A stretch of DNA of 64,000 nucleotides. It comes from Clostridia bacterium. GTDB lineage: Bacteria > Bacillota > Clostridia > Christensenellales > UBA1242. Below, in pieces: positions 42,336-53,094 of this stretch (positions are counted from its first letter, which is position 1; each line of letters opens with the position of its first letter). Both the position numbers and the translations under genes were made by a program. The DNA is taken from assembly GCA_045654505.1 (NCBI GenBank), contig JAZONM010000005.1, positions 162,183-226,182 on the forward strand, written 5' to 3'. Below the pieces are notes generated by a model. The model was not told where the DNA came from and did no database searches. It saw nothing but the letters and a program-made list of their open reading frames with translations.

Positions 42336-43256
42336 CTAGTCAAGCAATTGGATTTCTTCAATGTCTTTTATTTTGCTATTTTCAATTTCGAAGGTGTAAG
42401 ATTTGTACCCTTCAGTTGTTAGAATAGTGTAATTGTTTTCTCTGGTATATGGATTTGGGAATATTTCTTTTACTTCACCAAAGTAAGATTTTAGGTGGTC
42501 GTTTGATACGAAAGCATCTTGAAGATAACTCTTTGCTAAGTTGAAATCATTAAGTTTTATGGCTTCTATAAATGCATATGGTATTGCTTTGATAATATTT
42601 GTCGTTCTGGGAGTTTCGTCAATATATATTGAATAATTGTCAACAAAACCCGTCTTAATGTCATATTCATACACTATACCATGTTTTGCGATGTTTTGTG
42701 TATTTTTCATGAGTTTTATTTTGTCCTTGTCTTTTTCCACTATTTCAAACTCATCATCAATTATTGGTTTATTGTTTTCTAAGTCAAATATTAGATAGTA
42801 CAAATTGTTGTTTTTTAGTTTTCCATATAGTATCAAATGATTTTCTATTGTTGTGTTGCATGACGTAAGTCGCTGGATTTTCTTTGTATAGCTATATTTC
42901 TCGTTTGTTATATTTATGTATGTAAGACTATTTGAAAAAACCTTGATATAATGTTGGCCATATCTTTTATCAATAAGTATTGTGTCTTCCATTTTTTCCA
43001 TTTTTAATGTTGGGATAAAATAGATGTCAGTATGATTGTTGTGAAACGGAATTTTTAAAATATTGTCGTTATTTTTTATATCTATCAAAGAAAATGAGTA
43101 GGGGAGAAACTCGTCGTTGGTTGGCATGCATGATACATAGCAATTTTTCTTGACTGTGATGTCAAGAGTGTTGCTTGGAGAAACTATATATGTTTTTATT
43201 CCGTTGATTGAAATTCTTGCTTTTTCGTTGCATTTTATATGTATATATTTTTCCAT
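42336..43256 (-). CDS. Hypothetical protein (306 aa, N/K/I-rich, beta-rich by eye)
   Basis: AAGGTGA SD upstream of the ATG at 43256. No motif recognised. Confidence 0.6.
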   Translation of the reverse strand: MEKYIHIKCNEKARISINGIKTYIVSPSNTLDITVKKNCYVSCMPTNDEFLPYSFSLIDIKNNDNILKIPFHNNHTDIYFIPTLKMEKMEDTILIDKRYGQHYIKVFSNSLTYINITNEKYSYTKKIQRLTSCNTTIENHLILYGKLKNNNLYYLIFDLENNKPIIDDEFEIVEKDKDKIKLMKNTQNIAKHGIVYEYDIKTGFVDNYSIYIDETPRTTNIIKAIPYAFIEAIKLNDFNLAKSYLQDAFVSNDHLKSYFGEVKEIFPNPYTRENNYTILTTEGYKSYTFEIENSKIKDIEEIQLLD

Positions 43257-43340
43257 GATTATTCACCTTGATATATACATATGTTTGTTTTCCTGTGATT
43301 ATGATGAGTATATGTTTTGTATTTTTGGACATGCTTTACT

Positions 43341-43592
43341 ATGGAAAAAAGTAATATGAATTGTGAGATGTCAAAAAATGAAACGGTTGGCAAGATACTA
43401 AAAATCCCGTGTCCTTCTCTTGTGAAAGATGAAGATCTATATAATCTTTTTATGGGGCTTCTAAAACTTGTTCAGCGGAATTCTGAGTATAAGTCCGAGA
43501 GAAAATATAAAGGAATAATTGAGAAACTTAAAAAAGAAATAAATTATCTAAAACTAGAAAATAAGTTTTTGAAAGAAAACAATGATAAGTGA
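43341..43592 (+). CDS. Small hypothetical protein (~83 aa) with a C-terminal heptad-like tail
   Basis: The listed ORF starts at TTG 43317; the first ATG is at 43341. No convincing SD. The C-terminal sequence is ..IIEKLKKEINYLKLENKFLKENN. Confidence 0.3.
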   Translation: MEKSNMNCEMSKNETVGKILKIPCPSLVKDEDLYNLFMGLLKLVQRNSEYKSERKYKGIIEKLKKEINYLKLENKFLKENNDK

Positions 43593-43649
43593 TTTAATTA
43601 TAAAATAATATTGTAAGTGTTGTGAGTTTTGTGCTAAAATATAATTGAT

Positions 43650-46600
43650 ATGTTAAAAATCATTTATTCAAGGACCAATAAGGACAGTGCTGAATACTTG
43701 CTAAAGAGTCTTAAAGGTCGTGACAAAACTCAAAAACATATTGTTTTTACTCCTGATAGAGCGAATCTTATATATCAAAACCGTATATTTGATTTGATAA
43801 ATGAGGAGTGCCTTTTTGATGTCGATGTGACTACTATTAGTAGATTTGCATCCCGTTTTGCGAATGATGAAAAAGTTTTGTCAAAACAAGGTGGAGTAGC
43901 CATTGTCAAGAAGATTTTGATTGAAAAACAGAATGAATTTTTGAGTTTTGGTAAAAGTGTGAAATATAAGGGTTTTGCGTTAAGCTTATTTGAAACCCTA
44001 TGTATGTTTAAGTCGTGTAGAATAGCTCCTGAAAATATTTTGGAAACAAAAAATGGTGTGCTAAACAATAAATTACACGATATTAAGATTGTTTATCAAG
44101 AATATGAAAAGTTTTTACAAAGTGATTATACTGATGCATTTAATATATTGACTTTGTGTGCTAGCAAGATAAATAAATCCTTTAGTGATACCAATTTTTA
44201 TTTTTTGGGTTTTGAGGATTTTACAAAACAAGGATTTTTCCTTATAGAAAAAATGATGAAGTATGCCAATAATGTTTTTGTTGGGACTGCTTATGGTAAG
44301 AAAGGGCTAAACAACAATTTTAATATATATGATAATGCGATTGTTTCTGCTTTGATTGACATTGCAAAAACAAATGGTGTTAAGTATGATATGGTGGTTG
44401 CAAAGTGCAATGATGGTGGTTTGCAAAATGTTTTGAAAAACAATCTATTCGCATTTGCTTTAAAACACGGAAATGAAAGTCAGGATATTAAAGTTTTTTC
44501 GTATGATAATAGAATCGATGAAGTGAGAAATACTATCAATTATATACGTTATCAAGTTCAGAAAAACAACCTAAGGTATAGCGATTTTACCATACTTGTT
44601 CCGTCTATAAAATCGTACAAAACGCAATTAAAACAAGTGTTTTCAGAATTTAATATGCCTTTTTATCTCGATGAAAGTCAAAATTTTGGAGATAATCTGC
44701 TTGCAAGATATGTAATGAGTATTGTCAAAATTGTTGATGATTATAGTGAGATATTTAATATAATAAAGACTCCGTTTGTTGATATAGAAGAAAGCAAGAT
44801 AAATGATTATCTTGATCGTGTTGAAAAGTTTGGTTTGATTGGTAAGTCTCTTTTAGATTGTGATGAGATACAATGTGAGCGTCTAAAACTTCTAAAAGAA
44901 TATATTGATAAGAGTCGAAAAGTAAAGACTATAGGTGGCTATATTGATGTTTTGAGAGACGCTATAGAAAACTTTGCGTTTTCTGGCTTGGATGCTTATC
45001 AAAATGCTTTATATGATAGAGGTTTGATTGAGGAATATAAAAAAGTACCGCAATGTATTAATATTTTGACAAGGACCTTAGACCAGGTTGATAATATTTT
45101 GCATGATTATGAGTGCACGCATAAAAACTTTGTTGAGATTATTGAGAATTATGTTGAAAATATCAATTTGACACTGCCTCCAGTTGTTGTGGATAGTGTT
45201 TTTGTCGGAGAAATCGAAACGTCTTTCGTTCAAGACACAAAATATCTTTTTGTTCTGGGGTGTAATGAGGGTGTAGTGCCAGCTTATTCTTCGGAGTTGG
45301 GCCTTATTAGTGATAAGGAAATAGGCCAAATGCCTCAAAATTATCGTCTTAATCCTACTATTGCAGAAATCAATAAAAGAAAGAAATTTAAGGTTTTTGA
45401 AAATCTTGTTTCGTTTGAAAATAAGATATATTTATCTTTTCTTACCACATCTGATGGTGGTAAAGCTTTTCCGTCGTCTTTTATAGAGGATGTGCAAATA
45501 TTGTTTGACGCAAACATAATTGATGGGAGTCTTTGGCTACATAATACATATTCCAATCTTGATGGCTTAAATGAGTCCTTGGTTGAGTTTGATAATTTGA
45601 GCCAAACTTGTGTGGATTATATTTTTGCAAAACAATTGAAAAATTATGATTTTCTTAAAGAAAATAAAGGGTATATTGAATATTTAAGTTTACTTAGCAA
45701 ACTTGCGGATAAGTCTGTGCTTGAAGGACACAATTTCAAAAACGATATCAAGAACATTTCAGAAGAGTTGTTTTTGACTTCAGGACAAATCGGTGTTAGT
45801 GAAATTGAAAGATATAATAGCTGTCCGTACAAACATTTTGTCGAATATGGCTTGAAATTAAGAAACAAAACACGTAGCAATTTTGAAGCAGTGGATAACG
45901 GACAAATTATACATGAATTCTTAAAACTCATAGTACCAAAAATCACTAAAAAACAAGATGTGAATATAAATGAAATGACTCAAAGCATATTGAGTGAAGT
46001 ATTGAATCGTTCAGAATATCAACATTTGGTAAACAATGAAATCAATAAAGTTAATGTCAAGGCTCTTTACAATGAGTGTGTACGCATAGTCGAGGGTGTA
46101 AAGTATCAATTGGACAATAGTAGTTTTTCACCTGTTCGTTTTGAGCAACCTTTCAAGTATTCTGTTGGCGGAGTATCGGTGGGCAATAAAGATATTGTAC
46201 TTGTGGGAGTTGTGGATAGAATTGATGCTTATAAAGACCGATTTACAATCATTGACTACAAAACTGGTTCGACTAAGATGGAAAGTTTTGATGAGGTACA
46301 AAGTGGTGAAAAGTGGCAATTGATTGTCTATATGTATGTTGTGGGAAAAGGTGATTTAAAACCTGCAGGTTGTTATTATATGCCTATCAAAAATGATTTC
46401 ACAACAAAAGAAAAATACTCTTATCAGTTGCAAGGCATAACTAATAAAGACAGAAATGTTATATCTGCGCTTGATAATAATTTGGACAAGCAAAATCACT
46501 CAAGCAAACTATTAAAACTTGAAACAAGCGACAAAGGATTGAAGGAAAACTCATACTATAAAAACATGTGTCTAAACGATGATGAGATGTCGGCACTTAA

Positions 46601-46811
46601 TTTGTGGGTGATGGATAATGTGCAAATTAAAATAAAAGAGATACTGTCTGGAAATGTAAAACCTTATCCTTTGATGAGTGGTGGAAGGTGTGCATGTGAC
46701 TATTGCAAATATATCGGACTTTGCAATTTTAATAAAGCATATGGTAATGCATTTAATATATCTAAAAAATGCAAAAATTTGTCAGAACTTTTGTCGGAGG
46801 TGGATGAATGA
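43650..46811 (+). CDS. addB: Helicase-nuclease AddAB, subunit AddB (RexB-like, no Walker A)
   Basis: C-terminal nuclease with Fe-S cysteines (SCPYKHF ... CACDYCKYIGLC) and DYKTG. It overlaps addA by 4 nt (ATGA). Confidence 0.88.
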   Translation: MLKIIYSRTNKDSAEYLLKSLKGRDKTQKHIVFTPDRANLIYQNRIFDLINEECLFDVDVTTISRFASRFANDEKVLSKQGGVAIVKKILIEKQNEFLSFGKSVKYKGFALSLFETLCMFKSCRIAPENILETKNGVLNNKLHDIKIVYQEYEKFLQSDYTDAFNILTLCASKINKSFSDTNFYFLGFEDFTKQGFFLIEKMMKYANNVFVGTAYGKKGLNNNFNIYDNAIVSALIDIAKTNGVKYDMVVAKCNDGGLQNVLKNNLFAFALKHGNESQDIKVFSYDNRIDEVRNTINYIRYQVQKNNLRYSDFTILVPSIKSYKTQLKQVFSEFNMPFYLDESQNFGDNLLARYVMSIVKIVDDYSEIFNIIKTPFVDIEESKINDYLDRVEKFGLIGKSLLDCDEIQCERLKLLKEYIDKSRKVKTIGGYIDVLRDAIENFAFSGLDAYQNALYDRGLIEEYKKVPQCINILTRTLDQVDNILHDYECTHKNFVEIIENYVENINLTLPPVVVDSVFVGEIETSFVQDTKYLFVLGCNEGVVPAYSSELGLISDKEIGQMPQNYRLNPTIAEINKRKKFKVFENLVSFENKIYLSFLTTSDGGKAFPSSFIEDVQILFDANIIDGSLWLHNTYSNLDGLNESLVEFDNLSQTCVDYIFAKQLKNYDFLKENKGYIEYLSLLSKLADKSVLEGHNFKNDIKNISEELFLTSGQIGVSEIERYNSCPYKHFVEYGLKLRNKTRSNFEAVDNGQIIHEFLKLIVPKITKKQDVNINEMTQSILSEVLNRSEYQHLVNNEINKVNVKALYNECVRIVEGVKYQLDNSSFSPVRFEQPFKYSVGGVSVGNKDIVLVGVVDRIDAYKDRFTIIDYKTGSTKMESFDEVQSGEKWQLIVYMYVVGKGDLKPAGCYYMPIKNDFTTKEKYSYQLQGITNKDRNVISALDNNLDKQNHSSKLLKLETSDKGLKENSYYKNMCLNDDEMSALNLWVMDNVQIKIKEILSGNVKPYPLMSGGRCACDYCKYIGLCNFNKAYGNAFNISKKCKNLSELLSEVDE

Positions 46812-49800
46812 GTAAGTTCAAACCAAATGAAGAACAACTTGAATTTATAAAAACCTTAGACAAAAACATTCTTGTATCCGCAAGTGCAGGTAGCGGGAAA
46901 ACCTCGACAATGGTCGAAAAGGTGTTACAAATTGTCAAAAACGGCACAAATATTGACAATTTACTCATTATCACATATACAGTTGCGTCTGCAAATGAAA
47001 TGCGTCAAAGACTTTATCATTCTATTGTTGATGAGATAAGAGAGTGTGAAGATGAAACGCAAATAGCGTACTTATACTCACAATTGGATAGTCTTAGCAA
47101 TTGTGATATTGGCACGATACACTCTGTTTGTAAAAAAATAATTTCTAAGTATTTTTATGTGATAGATCAAGATACAAATTTTAGTATTGCTGAGCAAAGT
47201 GATTATTTATATTTAAGTGCTATTAAAAATGTTTTTAGGAAATATATTGTATCTGAAGACGATAATTTCTTTCAATTGTATGAGAGCTATAATAAGAAAA
47301 GAAATGAAAAAGCCTTGGTAGAGATAATAAAAACATTACATAACTTTTTCAATAGTAAGGTAAATGTGAGTGATTGGAAAAATCATGTACTTGAAAAGTG
47401 TTATGATTTGAATGTAAAGACCAATATTTGTGCTTGTTATGTTTTGGAAAAATCTAAAAATATTGCACATGAATTGATTAAAGAATTTAAAAACTTGCTT
47501 GAAATTGATATTGATGTTAAATATATCAAGCTTATAAATAATCGGTTGGATTTTCTTAATTCAATTTCGACCGCATCCGACTATAATCACTTATTGAAAG
47601 TAATAGGGGATGCTTCTTTCATGACGAAAGTGGCTACCACTAAATTGGGCGGTGAGTATTGTGATTGGGTTGAGAAGTATGAGAAAGCAAACGCGAATTT
47701 CAAAACTTTTAAAGATGAAATGCAGGCACTTTCAAAACTTCAATGGAATATTGATGAAATGTCTGTGGTTAGGGATATGACTAAGACATTGTTTGAAATT
47801 GTTGATGATATAGAAGTGGAATATAAGAGACTAAAACAAGACAAAAATCTTCTTGATTTTAGTGATTTGGAGCATAAAACTTTAGAAATATTAAATGCAA
47901 GCGAAGATGTTTGTAAAGAATTGAGAGAAAAGTACGCTTATATTTTTGTAGATGAATATCAAGATATAAATGAATTACAAGAAGCCATAATAGACAAAAT
48001 AAAGGATACTGGCAATCTCAATCTTATTGGTGATGTAAAGCAAAGTATTTTTGCTTTCAGACTTGCAACTCCAAAGCTTTTTATAGAAAAATATAACAGC
48101 TATCCAAATAGTGGATGTGATAGGGTGATTAAGTTTAATCAAAACTTCCGCAGTAAAAACAATATATTACAGTTTGTTAATTGGGTGTGTAATGAGGTCA
48201 TTACAAAAAACACTATTGGGATTGATTATAGGAAAGATGCTCAATTGGTTTTTCCTGAAGTGAAAGGTGAAGATAGGGATAGTGTAGTAGAAATTAGTAT
48301 AATAGATAAGAAAAAAGATGGAGACGATGATCTTGAGAGCGATGAAAAAGAAGCCCTTCTTATTGTCAAGAAAATAAAAGAAATTCTTCAAAAGACGTAT
48401 ACTACAACAGCTGGTGACCACTACTATACATACAAAGACATTGCAATAATCTCTAGGAGCAAAACTGCTCTTGTTGGTAAGATTATTTCTGCATTAAAAC
48501 AATATAATATTCCGTGCAATGTTAAATACAAAAAAGATATATTTAATTCGAATGGAGTGCAAGTTGTTTATTCATTCTTGAAACTTCTATACAATACTAA
48601 TGATGGATTGTCGTTGTCGATACTATTGAAAAACTTATTTGGTTTGAATGAAAATGATCTTGCAAAAATAAAGAAAATCTCGAATGAGGATTTTGCTACA
48701 TGTTGCGTTTTGTATGGAGAAAGTGGCGATGATTTGAGAGTGAAAGAAAGTGTGCTAAAAATGTATGATTTAATTAAAGAAAACACTTTTAAAATGTCAT
48801 ATCTTTCCCTTTATGAAGTATTAAGAAGTTTTGCTGACAATATAAAGATTAAATATTTGTCGTATACTGATGGAATCGACAATATATCACAAATTGACGA
48901 GTTTTTGCGACTTATTGACAATAAATTATACGAACACGACATAAAGTCTTGTATTGAATACTTGAGTGAAATTGAAGGTAGTAAGACAGAGATTGGTGAT
49001 TGTGAAGGAAATGATGCTGTTACTATTACTACAATTCATAGCAGTAAAGGACTAGAATACAAAGCCGTTATTTTCTGTGGTCTTGGTGGGAATTTAGGAA
49101 TAAATAAAAATACTAGCGATATTGTCGTGTCAGACACTTTTGGTGTTGGATTGCAATATCTTGATGTTGTTCATAGAATAAAAAGCGACACTATTGTAAA
49201 ACAAGCTTGTCTTTATGCAAATGAGAGAGAGCAAGTGAATGAAGAACTAAGACTTTTGTATGTTGCGCTTACACGTGGTATGCAGTATTTGGTTTTGACG
49301 GGCGTATATAATGTAGAAAATATTTTGCATCCATCTACTAAAGGGATTTATAGTGGAAGAAAATATTTTGATTGGATTTTTAGAGGGCTTTCTTCGCTTG
49401 ATAGATCAAAATTTGGTAATCTTAAAAATTTCACAATCTATGAAAACAAACTTTCATCGGCTAAAGTTGAGATAGATGCTCTCGAAAGTGAGATTGTCAT
49501 GGAGCCAAGTAAAATTGAATTTTCTACAGTATCTGATAGTCTTCTTGAAAGAGTGTCTAAAAATCTAGCATGGTCATATCCTTACGAAAATCAAATATCT
49601 CTTCCGATTAAAAACAGTGTGAGTAGTATTTTGAAAGATGATAAGGATTATGAGAATAGTGTAGATGCTTTTAAAGAATTGTCTTTGAGTGAAAGGATAT
49701 CTCCAAGTGAGAGTATAGAGAAGGGTAATGCATACCATCGAGTAATGCAAGAAGTGGATTTTATTAAAGACAATGATTTGGAACAAATTCTGTCAGAGTT

Positions 49801-50185
49801 TGATAAAAATAAATATGTCGATAAAAAGAAAGTCAAAATATGTATAGATACAATAAAATGTCTTGCAAGTAATTGTATTGTAGAGAAAGAAAAACAATTT
49901 TTGATGAAAGTTAGACACTCAGATATTGTGGATGGTGGACAAGAGCAAAAAATTTTGGTGCAAGGAATTGTGGATTTGTTTCTGATAGATGATGAAGGCA
50001 TAACACTTATCGACTACAAAACAAATAAAGTAAGCACGCTTGAGAATCTCGCAAAAATGTATGCGACTCAGATGAGACTCTATGCTCTAGCTCTGGAAAA
50101 AGGCTATGGTAAAAAGGTAAAAAATATATACCTTTACTCCTTTGATAAAGATTGTCTAGTAGATATGAAAAATTACATAAAATAG
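46808..50185 (+). CDS. addA: Helicase-nuclease AddAB, subunit AddA
   Basis: UvrD-type motifs ASAGSGKT and DEYQD. C-terminal RecB-type nuclease (GIVDLF..IDYKT). Confidence 0.93.
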   Translation: MSKFKPNEEQLEFIKTLDKNILVSASAGSGKTSTMVEKVLQIVKNGTNIDNLLIITYTVASANEMRQRLYHSIVDEIRECEDETQIAYLYSQLDSLSNCDIGTIHSVCKKIISKYFYVIDQDTNFSIAEQSDYLYLSAIKNVFRKYIVSEDDNFFQLYESYNKKRNEKALVEIIKTLHNFFNSKVNVSDWKNHVLEKCYDLNVKTNICACYVLEKSKNIAHELIKEFKNLLEIDIDVKYIKLINNRLDFLNSISTASDYNHLLKVIGDASFMTKVATTKLGGEYCDWVEKYEKANANFKTFKDEMQALSKLQWNIDEMSVVRDMTKTLFEIVDDIEVEYKRLKQDKNLLDFSDLEHKTLEILNASEDVCKELREKYAYIFVDEYQDINELQEAIIDKIKDTGNLNLIGDVKQSIFAFRLATPKLFIEKYNSYPNSGCDRVIKFNQNFRSKNNILQFVNWVCNEVITKNTIGIDYRKDAQLVFPEVKGEDRDSVVEISIIDKKKDGDDDLESDEKEALLIVKKIKEILQKTYTTTAGDHYYTYKDIAIISRSKTALVGKIISALKQYNIPCNVKYKKDIFNSNGVQVVYSFLKLLYNTNDGLSLSILLKNLFGLNENDLAKIKKISNEDFATCCVLYGESGDDLRVKESVLKMYDLIKENTFKMSYLSLYEVLRSFADNIKIKYLSYTDGIDNISQIDEFLRLIDNKLYEHDIKSCIEYLSEIEGSKTEIGDCEGNDAVTITTIHSSKGLEYKAVIFCGLGGNLGINKNTSDIVVSDTFGVGLQYLDVVHRIKSDTIVKQACLYANEREQVNEELRLLYVALTRGMQYLVLTGVYNVENILHPSTKGIYSGRKYFDWIFRGLSSLDRSKFGNLKNFTIYENKLSSAKVEIDALESEIVMEPSKIEFSTVSDSLLERVSKNLAWSYPYENQISLPIKNSVSSILKDDKDYENSVDAFKELSLSERISPSESIEKGNAYHRVMQEVDFIKDNDLEQILSEFDKNKYVDKKKVKICIDTIKCLASNCIVEKEKQFLMKVRHSDIVDGGQEQKILVQGIVDLFLIDDEGITLIDYKTNKVSTLENLAKMYATQMRLYALALEKGYGKKVKNIYLYSFDKDCLVDMKNYIK

Positions 50186-50270
50186 AAAAAGTTGTACAAA
50201 TTATTAGTACAATTTTTTCTCTTGTGATATACTACAATATATATATGTGTATTAGTAAAAGGAGAACAAT

Positions 50271-52241
50271 ATGTTTAGACTTTTAGCCGAGACTGGCATT
50301 AATGTTTTCGAGTCTCTTTTGAGTTATATTGAGGAGATTGGAAAGATAATTGAATTTGAATATTTACTTTTGGGTGGGGTTGGACTTACAATAGTCACTA
50401 TTTTATTAACATTGCTTAGGTCCTCATATACTTACGAAGTAAAAATGCTTAGGACCCTAAATCGTTTTAATAGGTACTTTAGACAAAACCCTTATATCAA
50501 TAATGACAATCTTGTACAAGTAAACGATAATTTTAAAAGAGTGCCTAAAAATCTTCGTTATGCATGGCAACAATATATGCTAAATCGCGACAAATTGCCT
50601 AGTGAGTATATGAATACTGTGACCTGTCTTGACCAACCATTGAAGGCAAGTTCGCACTCTAATGCGTCCAAGATTTTGCAAATTGTAACAAATATTTTTA
50701 CTTTATTGACATTTGTTATTGGATTTTCAAAAAATGCATTCTTTGAGGGAATGAGCGTACTTACAGCTTTGATTCAATCTTTGATTGTCCCTGTGATTGT
50801 TTTCGTGCTAGGTAGTGTGTTTGTAGCGATACTAAAAGCACGATATGTAGCCATCATTGCGGACAATTATACTCGTTTTCATGAGTTTGAGTCTTACATA
50901 AATAAGGCATGCACAACACTTCCTCCATTTATTGATTATGAAATTTTGTTTACTAGAAAAGAAATAAAAGAAGGTATTCCTGTGCTTCAAGAATATCTTG
51001 AAAAACGCGCTCTTCAAGAACAAAAAGAAAGAGAAGAGCAAGAGATGTTTGCGGCTGGATTTGAGTCGTACAATTTTGATGAACTTGGCGTAGAAAACTC
51101 TCTTCTTATCGAGCGTGCGATGCATGAAAGTGAAAAATTCTTTACAATTAAAACTACCATGACAGATCGTATCAATAATAAAGAACAAGAGATGTACAAT
51201 TATCAAAAGAATTTTGATGAAGTAACAAAAGAATTTGAGAGAAAAGCTCAAGCTATAAGAGAAAACTTAAAACAACTTAACGAACAACTAAACAATACTA
51301 GTGTAAATATTGAAGCCAATTATATTAGAAAACGTTATAAAGAAGATCAACAAAAACTTCAACAACTTGAAAAAGACTATGAAGTAGCATCTATTCGTTT
51401 TAACAAACAACAAAATGAAATGCAAGCTGAAGTTGATTCGTATAGAAAAGAAATTGAAAGTAAAAAAGCGATTTTGGAAAAAGCAATGTCAGAGGAAGGA
51501 AAAACTTATGCAAATAAGATTTTCGGACTTATCAATACAAAAGTTACTGAGCAAAATCGTCCTATTTTAGAGCAACAACAAAATGAGCTTGACATACTTA
51601 AAGAGCAAGTAGATGCTTATAATGTTACAGTAAGAGAAAGAGAAAACTCCATAGCTGACTTGGAGGCTCGTCTTGAAGAAGTGAATAGAGAACTTACTTC
51701 TAAGAAAGCAGAGATTGAAGGAATCAAAAACTTGAAAGAATACTTCAATAGCGCCGAATTTAGACAAAGAGTTAGTGATAAGAAAAAACGCAGACCTGAT
51801 GAAGATGGGGAAGTCTTTGATAATATGGAATTGGAGACATTGCGTTCGCGTGCAGAACTTGCTGAGCAACAACTTAAGCAAAGTGAAGAACAACGTCAAA
51901 AACTTCAAGTTCAAGAAAGTTCACTTGTTACAAAACTTAAAGCTTTGGAAGAAAATGAGCAAAGATTGCGTAGTGAAAATGCAAAACTTCAACAAGATAT
52001 TTCTCAAGCTCAAAATGACAAGATAAGTCAAGTACAATCTGAATTAGAACAACTAAACAAAAAGATTGGCGCTGAAAATGATCGTCTTGTACAAAAGCAA
52101 GAAGAACTTAAGGACAAACTTCAAAAAACATTGGATAATGTAGATAAGAAGCCTGCACCTAAAAAACGTGCCAACTTTAATGACTTAATCAAGAAAGCTG
52201 AGAAGGTTTCGACTACTAGAAAAACAACTAAAAAAGATTAG
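50271..52241 (+). CDS. Membrane-anchored long coiled-coil protein (656 aa)
   Basis: AAGGAG SD. About three hydrophobic segments lie in the first ~200 aa. They are followed by ~400 aa of Q/E/K-rich heptad-like sequence and a basic tail. Confidence 0.7.
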   Translation: MFRLLAETGINVFESLLSYIEEIGKIIEFEYLLLGGVGLTIVTILLTLLRSSYTYEVKMLRTLNRFNRYFRQNPYINNDNLVQVNDNFKRVPKNLRYAWQQYMLNRDKLPSEYMNTVTCLDQPLKASSHSNASKILQIVTNIFTLLTFVIGFSKNAFFEGMSVLTALIQSLIVPVIVFVLGSVFVAILKARYVAIIADNYTRFHEFESYINKACTTLPPFIDYEILFTRKEIKEGIPVLQEYLEKRALQEQKEREEQEMFAAGFESYNFDELGVENSLLIERAMHESEKFFTIKTTMTDRINNKEQEMYNYQKNFDEVTKEFERKAQAIRENLKQLNEQLNNTSVNIEANYIRKRYKEDQQKLQQLEKDYEVASIRFNKQQNEMQAEVDSYRKEIESKKAILEKAMSEEGKTYANKIFGLINTKVTEQNRPILEQQQNELDILKEQVDAYNVTVRERENSIADLEARLEEVNRELTSKKAEIEGIKNLKEYFNSAEFRQRVSDKKKRRPDEDGEVFDNMELETLRSRAELAEQQLKQSEEQRQKLQVQESSLVTKLKALEENEQRLRSENAKLQQDISQAQNDKISQVQSELEQLNKKIGAENDRLVQKQEELKDKLQKTLDNVDKKPAPKKRANFNDLIKKAEKVSTTRKTTKKD

Positions 52242-52270
52242 AAAAAATGCCTATAATTAGGCATTTTTTA
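52242..52270. terminator. Bidirectional terminator between convergent genes
   Basis: A6, stem aaaatgccta, loop taat, stem taggcatttt, then a T-run. Confidence 0.85.
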
Positions 52271-52278
52271 TTTGTATG

Positions 52279-52962
52279 CTACTTACTATGCAAAGTCAGT
52301 TCTTTTAGCTTTCCGCTGTACTTCACTCGATTGAGAATTTTGTTTGTTATGATACTGCCTGAGCGCACAATAATTTCATTATTTAGCCCGACAATATCTT
52401 GAGTTGTTTTGCGACCTATTAGTATATTGTTGTTTACAATTTCGCGCAAAGGTGCGACGGGGTTTTGTGCTACAACTTTGCTTTCTGTCTCACTTTTAAA
52501 TGTTGGTTTTTTAATTCTGAAATTTGACAATTTTTCATTTTCTTTTTCTTTTACAATTGTTACTTCTTTTCCTAGACATAGTATTTTTTCAAATGGTAGG
52601 GTATAGTCTGCGACAATTTCTATTGCTTGATTATTTTCAAATATTACGTCTTTTACTTTTCCATAGGTTTTGCCTGCAGTACTTATGAGTGAGCTATTTA
52701 TTGGATTGATAAGACATGCAATATTTTTTTCTTCGTTGTCCATAAGTATTGTTGATTGAATATTTCTTATTGTGATGGCTTGATGTGTTTTGCCATATAT
52801 TTTATTAGGGCTTAGTAGATATTTGATATTGTTGTCTTCGTCATACACAACATAATACTTTATTTTATTATTACACAGCAATACATTTTCTACGCTGCCT
52901 ATTTTTTTTCTGTCATTTATGCTGTAGACGGGCAGAGAGATGGTTTCGGACAATTGAGCCAT
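52279..52962 (-). CDS. PRC-barrel domain protein (two PRC-like repeats)
   Basis: AGGAGG lies before ATG 52962; the listed ORF starts at 52983. ..IGSVENVLL.. and ..YGKVKDVIFEN.. match PRC-barrel signatures. Confidence 0.5.
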   Translation of the reverse strand: MAQLSETISLPVYSINDRKKIGSVENVLLCNNKIKYYVVYDEDNNIKYLLSPNKIYGKTHQAITIRNIQSTILMDNEEKNIACLINPINSSLISTAGKTYGKVKDVIFENNQAIEIVADYTLPFEKILCLGKEVTIVKEKENEKLSNFRIKKPTFKSETESKVVAQNPVAPLREIVNNNILIGRKTTQDIVGLNNEIIVRSGSIITNKILNRVKYSGKLKELTLHSK

Positions 52963-53094
52963 AAGACCTCCTAAAATCTTCAAAACTTAATAATATTTTA
53001 TTTGTTTGAGTGAGTATATATTCTAAATTTGGGCTTTATTTTTTTGTATATTTTTGTTGGCTGTGTTATAATTTTTCAAAGAAACTGGTGAGAA

